From positions 1 through 64,000 of the forward strand of contig NIVC01001914.1 of assembly GCA_002269645.1 (NCBI GenBank): a stretch of 64,000 nt of DNA. The letters run 5' to 3'. Origin of the DNA: Macrostomum lignano (taxonomy: Eukaryota). Positions within the stretch are counted from its first letter, which is position 1. Each line of letters starts with the position of its first letter. Shown here in pieces: positions 60,963 to 64,000 of this stretch. The translations under genes and the position numbers were made by a program. A model generated the notes under the pieces. That model ran no database searches, had not been told where the DNA came from, and saw nothing but the letters and a program-made list of their open reading frames with translations.

Positions 60963-61048
60963 ATTCTGGTTCTGGAATCGGAATTATTCTGGTTCTGGAA
61001 TCGGAATTATTCTGGTTCTGGAATCGGAATTATTCTGGTTCTGGAACC
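60963..61048 (+). repeat. 23-bp tandem repeat (ATTCTGGTTCTGGAATCGGAATT) x3
   Basis: Read directly; inverted matches lie at 60345-60420. Confidence 0.85.
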
Positions 61049-61349
61049 AATCTTCGTGAAAAGCCTAGATTAGTTGCGATTGCGCACAAGGAAATGTGTG
61101 ATGCTTTGATAAATTTAGTTAACCCTATTAACATTAAAAATTGTATTTTTTTCCAGCGTATATGTATTACAGCTGCTTTCAAAAATTTTATTTTATGCTT
61201 TGTTAAAACCGATAATCGCTAGACGCGAAAACAAATTTAGTTTGAACACCAGGAAACAAATATAGCTTTAATTTCATATCTATCCTACAATAGTATAAAT
61301 AAAGGCAGCAATAGTCTGCATTTCTCCAGCAATTGAAAGCTCTCGTACA

Positions 61350-62494
61350 ATGGCGACTGCTCAAAATGGACGATCACATTATGCAGCACCAAATACCCAG
61401 ACCCATCTTCAGCCACCCACTGCGAATCCGCCTCGATCATATCGAGCAAGTCAAGCTGGCAGTATGGTTGGCAGTAGTGTCCCAGTTGGATATCCAGGTG
61501 TATCAAATCCTAACCCATCAATGAGCCACTATCAAAGCGGAAAATTTGCACGCGGCTCTATGATGGGTCAAAAGAGTTTCTCTCGCAATAGCTTGGTGCG
61601 ACAATCGCGCAGTCTTGGCGCATCTAAAGCTTCAATAGTGAGTCAACTAAGTGGCAAAACTAGCATTCAACAAGAATACCACGACAGCAAACTTCGAGGC
61701 AACTTGATGGCACCCTACTACGGAAAGGGTCGAACTCCGTTTTTATTATCAATCTTCCTTGCCATTCTTGGTGCTCTTTTTATTATTGCTGGTGGCACAG
61801 TGCTTGGACTTCGATTTCACAATAACATTATGCTTTCTATTGACAAAGGAGAAATCGTTGGCCCAATTCTAATTGCATTCGGCATTGGATGCTTCGCAGG
61901 CGCATTCAAGATGTACTATGATGCATATATGATTAGCAGCAAGGAGAGGAGGAAAATTAAAGTGAGTTTAGTTTACTTTAAATGTTTAATTTTTAAAGCT
62001 ATATATCCCCTGCAATTTTTTTCTATAGTATGGTTATTACAGCCCTAAAAATCTTTGGAATTTTTATACATAAATTTATAACTGATTTAAAATGATAATC
62101 TAATGACTTGCTTTATATGGATGCACTAAGTATTTTTATTTCAATTCAAGATTTCAAATATCATAACTCAATTGTTCAACTACTTATTTTATTTTTAGTT
62201 TGCTGCTGCCAATGAGTCCATGATCTCAATCAACACTGTCAGTTCTCGGCAAATGAGACAGCCAGGGTAAGTAAAAATTTAAAAAGTTAATATATACTCA
62301 ATATTTCTTCTACTGATATTCTATTACTTCTTTGCTTCACTTGACAATAATAATTATTTTTTAAACTTACTGATATTTTTTGACATTATTAAATACATGT
62401 CCTTTAACTTTTGACATTTTTCAGTGAAGCTCTGGTTAGTGGAACAGCATCAATGTATGCAGTAACTCGCACTCCACAAGGCTCTGTGGTCTAA
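61350..62494 (+). CDS. Two-transmembrane protein with a long S/Q/P-rich N-terminus (PIRT/TMEM100-like architecture), 3 exons, about 249 aa
   Basis: Exons 61350-61961, 62199-62266 and 62425-62494 with phase-consistent GT-AG introns. TM1 is FLLSIFLAILGALFIIAGGTVLGL and TM2 is IVGPILIAFGIGCFAGAF. The family assignment rests on architecture only. Confidence 0.7.
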
Positions 62495-64000
62495 GTCTAA
62501 GAGATCAACTCTACTGCTATACTGTGCTCAGTTGAACTGTTTTGCTGTTTTATTTGCTTCTGACCTGCTTCCAAAGGTCATCTGTGTTGACTCTATATTG
62601 ATTGTATATAGTCACCCATTAATCAAATTTTTTAAACTTTCTGAGTTTCTGTTCATATGTGATATATAGTTTTTTTAAATATTTTACAGCTGTTTTAATG
62701 ATGCATGACTGAAAATGATATATCTAAAGTATACTTATGGACATTGCTGCATTCCACTTTTTTTACTTTCTAACACTTAGAATTGATCTCGCTAGTTAAT
62801 GGGAATCTCATTGTCAAAGTATAATATTTTATCATCTTTATAATAAAACAACTGATATCAGGTAGCTAGCATTGTTATTACCATATTAATTTCGATTTTG
62901 AACAGCTGGGTTTTAATTGCATTCCACTCATTTCCTACATGTATGACTTTTTTTAAAGCATAAAGTACATTTCGATTCTAGGTTTTTATTTTTGTATATG
63001 CCTACTTGTTTTTCATGTATTTTTGATGTGTTCATCTGTGATGAAAAACAATTGACTTTTTTCCTGCAACCTAGGCTTCTGCAACACCAACTGATATGCC
63101 TCTGTAGTTTATTTCGTTTCATTATTTTTACTTTTTATACTTAAATTCGAATCATCAATCGATTTTAGGAATATATATTTATTCCTAACAAACAAATTAA
63201 GGATATATGTTTTCAATTTTGACTTGTTGCTGGTATTAGAGTATAAATTTATGCAAATAAAAGATGGAACAAAAACTGGGGATTCTTGAGCCAATGGCTA
63301 GCTAAACAAATTAACAAAGCTCCCCAATGAATTTATTGGTGCCTCAAACAAATAGTCGACACTTTTAACAAAACAAAAATTGTTCCGTTCCTACTGATAG
63401 TAGCTACTGGTGGGTGTACTTGTTACAATATTTTTGGCTTTAAATTATAACTATTTAAGGCAGCCTCTGCATGCAGCCAGGCCATTCTAGCAAAGATAAG
63501 TTTTATTCTTACAAAATTAACCTAGAAAATTCTTCCGACAAAGTATTTTTTGCATGTTATTTTTATTGGGATATTCGTGATTTTAGCAAACCTTTCTGTG
63601 GAATCTTCGCCTTAAACACACTCTATTTCTAAAGTCCTATAATTGCAGCACCAAAGAAAACCACGACGCGTTACGTTCATCTTTTTAACTGTATTGCATA
63701 TTTAATAGTAATGTATATAGTATAATAGTATAATATAAATGTCATATATTTTGTTTAAATAAAGTTGGCCATAAATTCTTTACCTCGACATGGATTTTGG
63801 TTATACTAATTGTTAGCAGTAAATTTAAGTAAAATCTTTACTAGAGCTTCATATTATTAACTTTTGGTTCGTTCTATTAATATTGCACTACAGTTATTAG
63901 AGGATCGTGAGCTTACATGTGTTGCTTTAATGCTCTAGACGTCTCACAAAAAATGCATTTTTTTACTAAACTCGAAGTATTCCAATTGCATTTTGATGTT

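Overview
Eukaryotic (animal) genomic DNA with spliceosomal introns. About 18 kb (roughly 30%, my hand sum) is micro- or minisatellite; the repeat landscape suggests a flatworm such as Macrostomum, which is an inference only. Genes: (1) an intact 13-exon macroglobulin complement-related (Mcr/TEP-like) gene of about 1619 aa with an LDLa module and no thioester (2795-13186, +); (2) a tandem paralog that looks pseudogenised (14388-28615, +), with a 2.6-kb RT+RNase H LINE derivative in its signal-peptide exon, frameshifts, stops, a ~0.9-kb coding deletion and one extra intron; (3) a REV7/MAD2L2-like HORMA ORF with no ATG of its own; (4) an intronless peptide-type GPCR; (5) a gene joining two C2H2 fingers to a TALE homeodomain; (6) a convergent Bsx/BarH-like homeobox gene; (7) a two-TM PIRT/TMEM100-like gene. 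There are also SINEs, LINE fragments and several MITE-like elements. The most unusual observation is that two different TIR elements at 43.4-45.1 kb each carry the same ~110-nt module containing a degenerate piece of 28S rRNA from the R2/Pokey/I-PpoI target region. All gene models and alignments were done by eye; no database searches were run.
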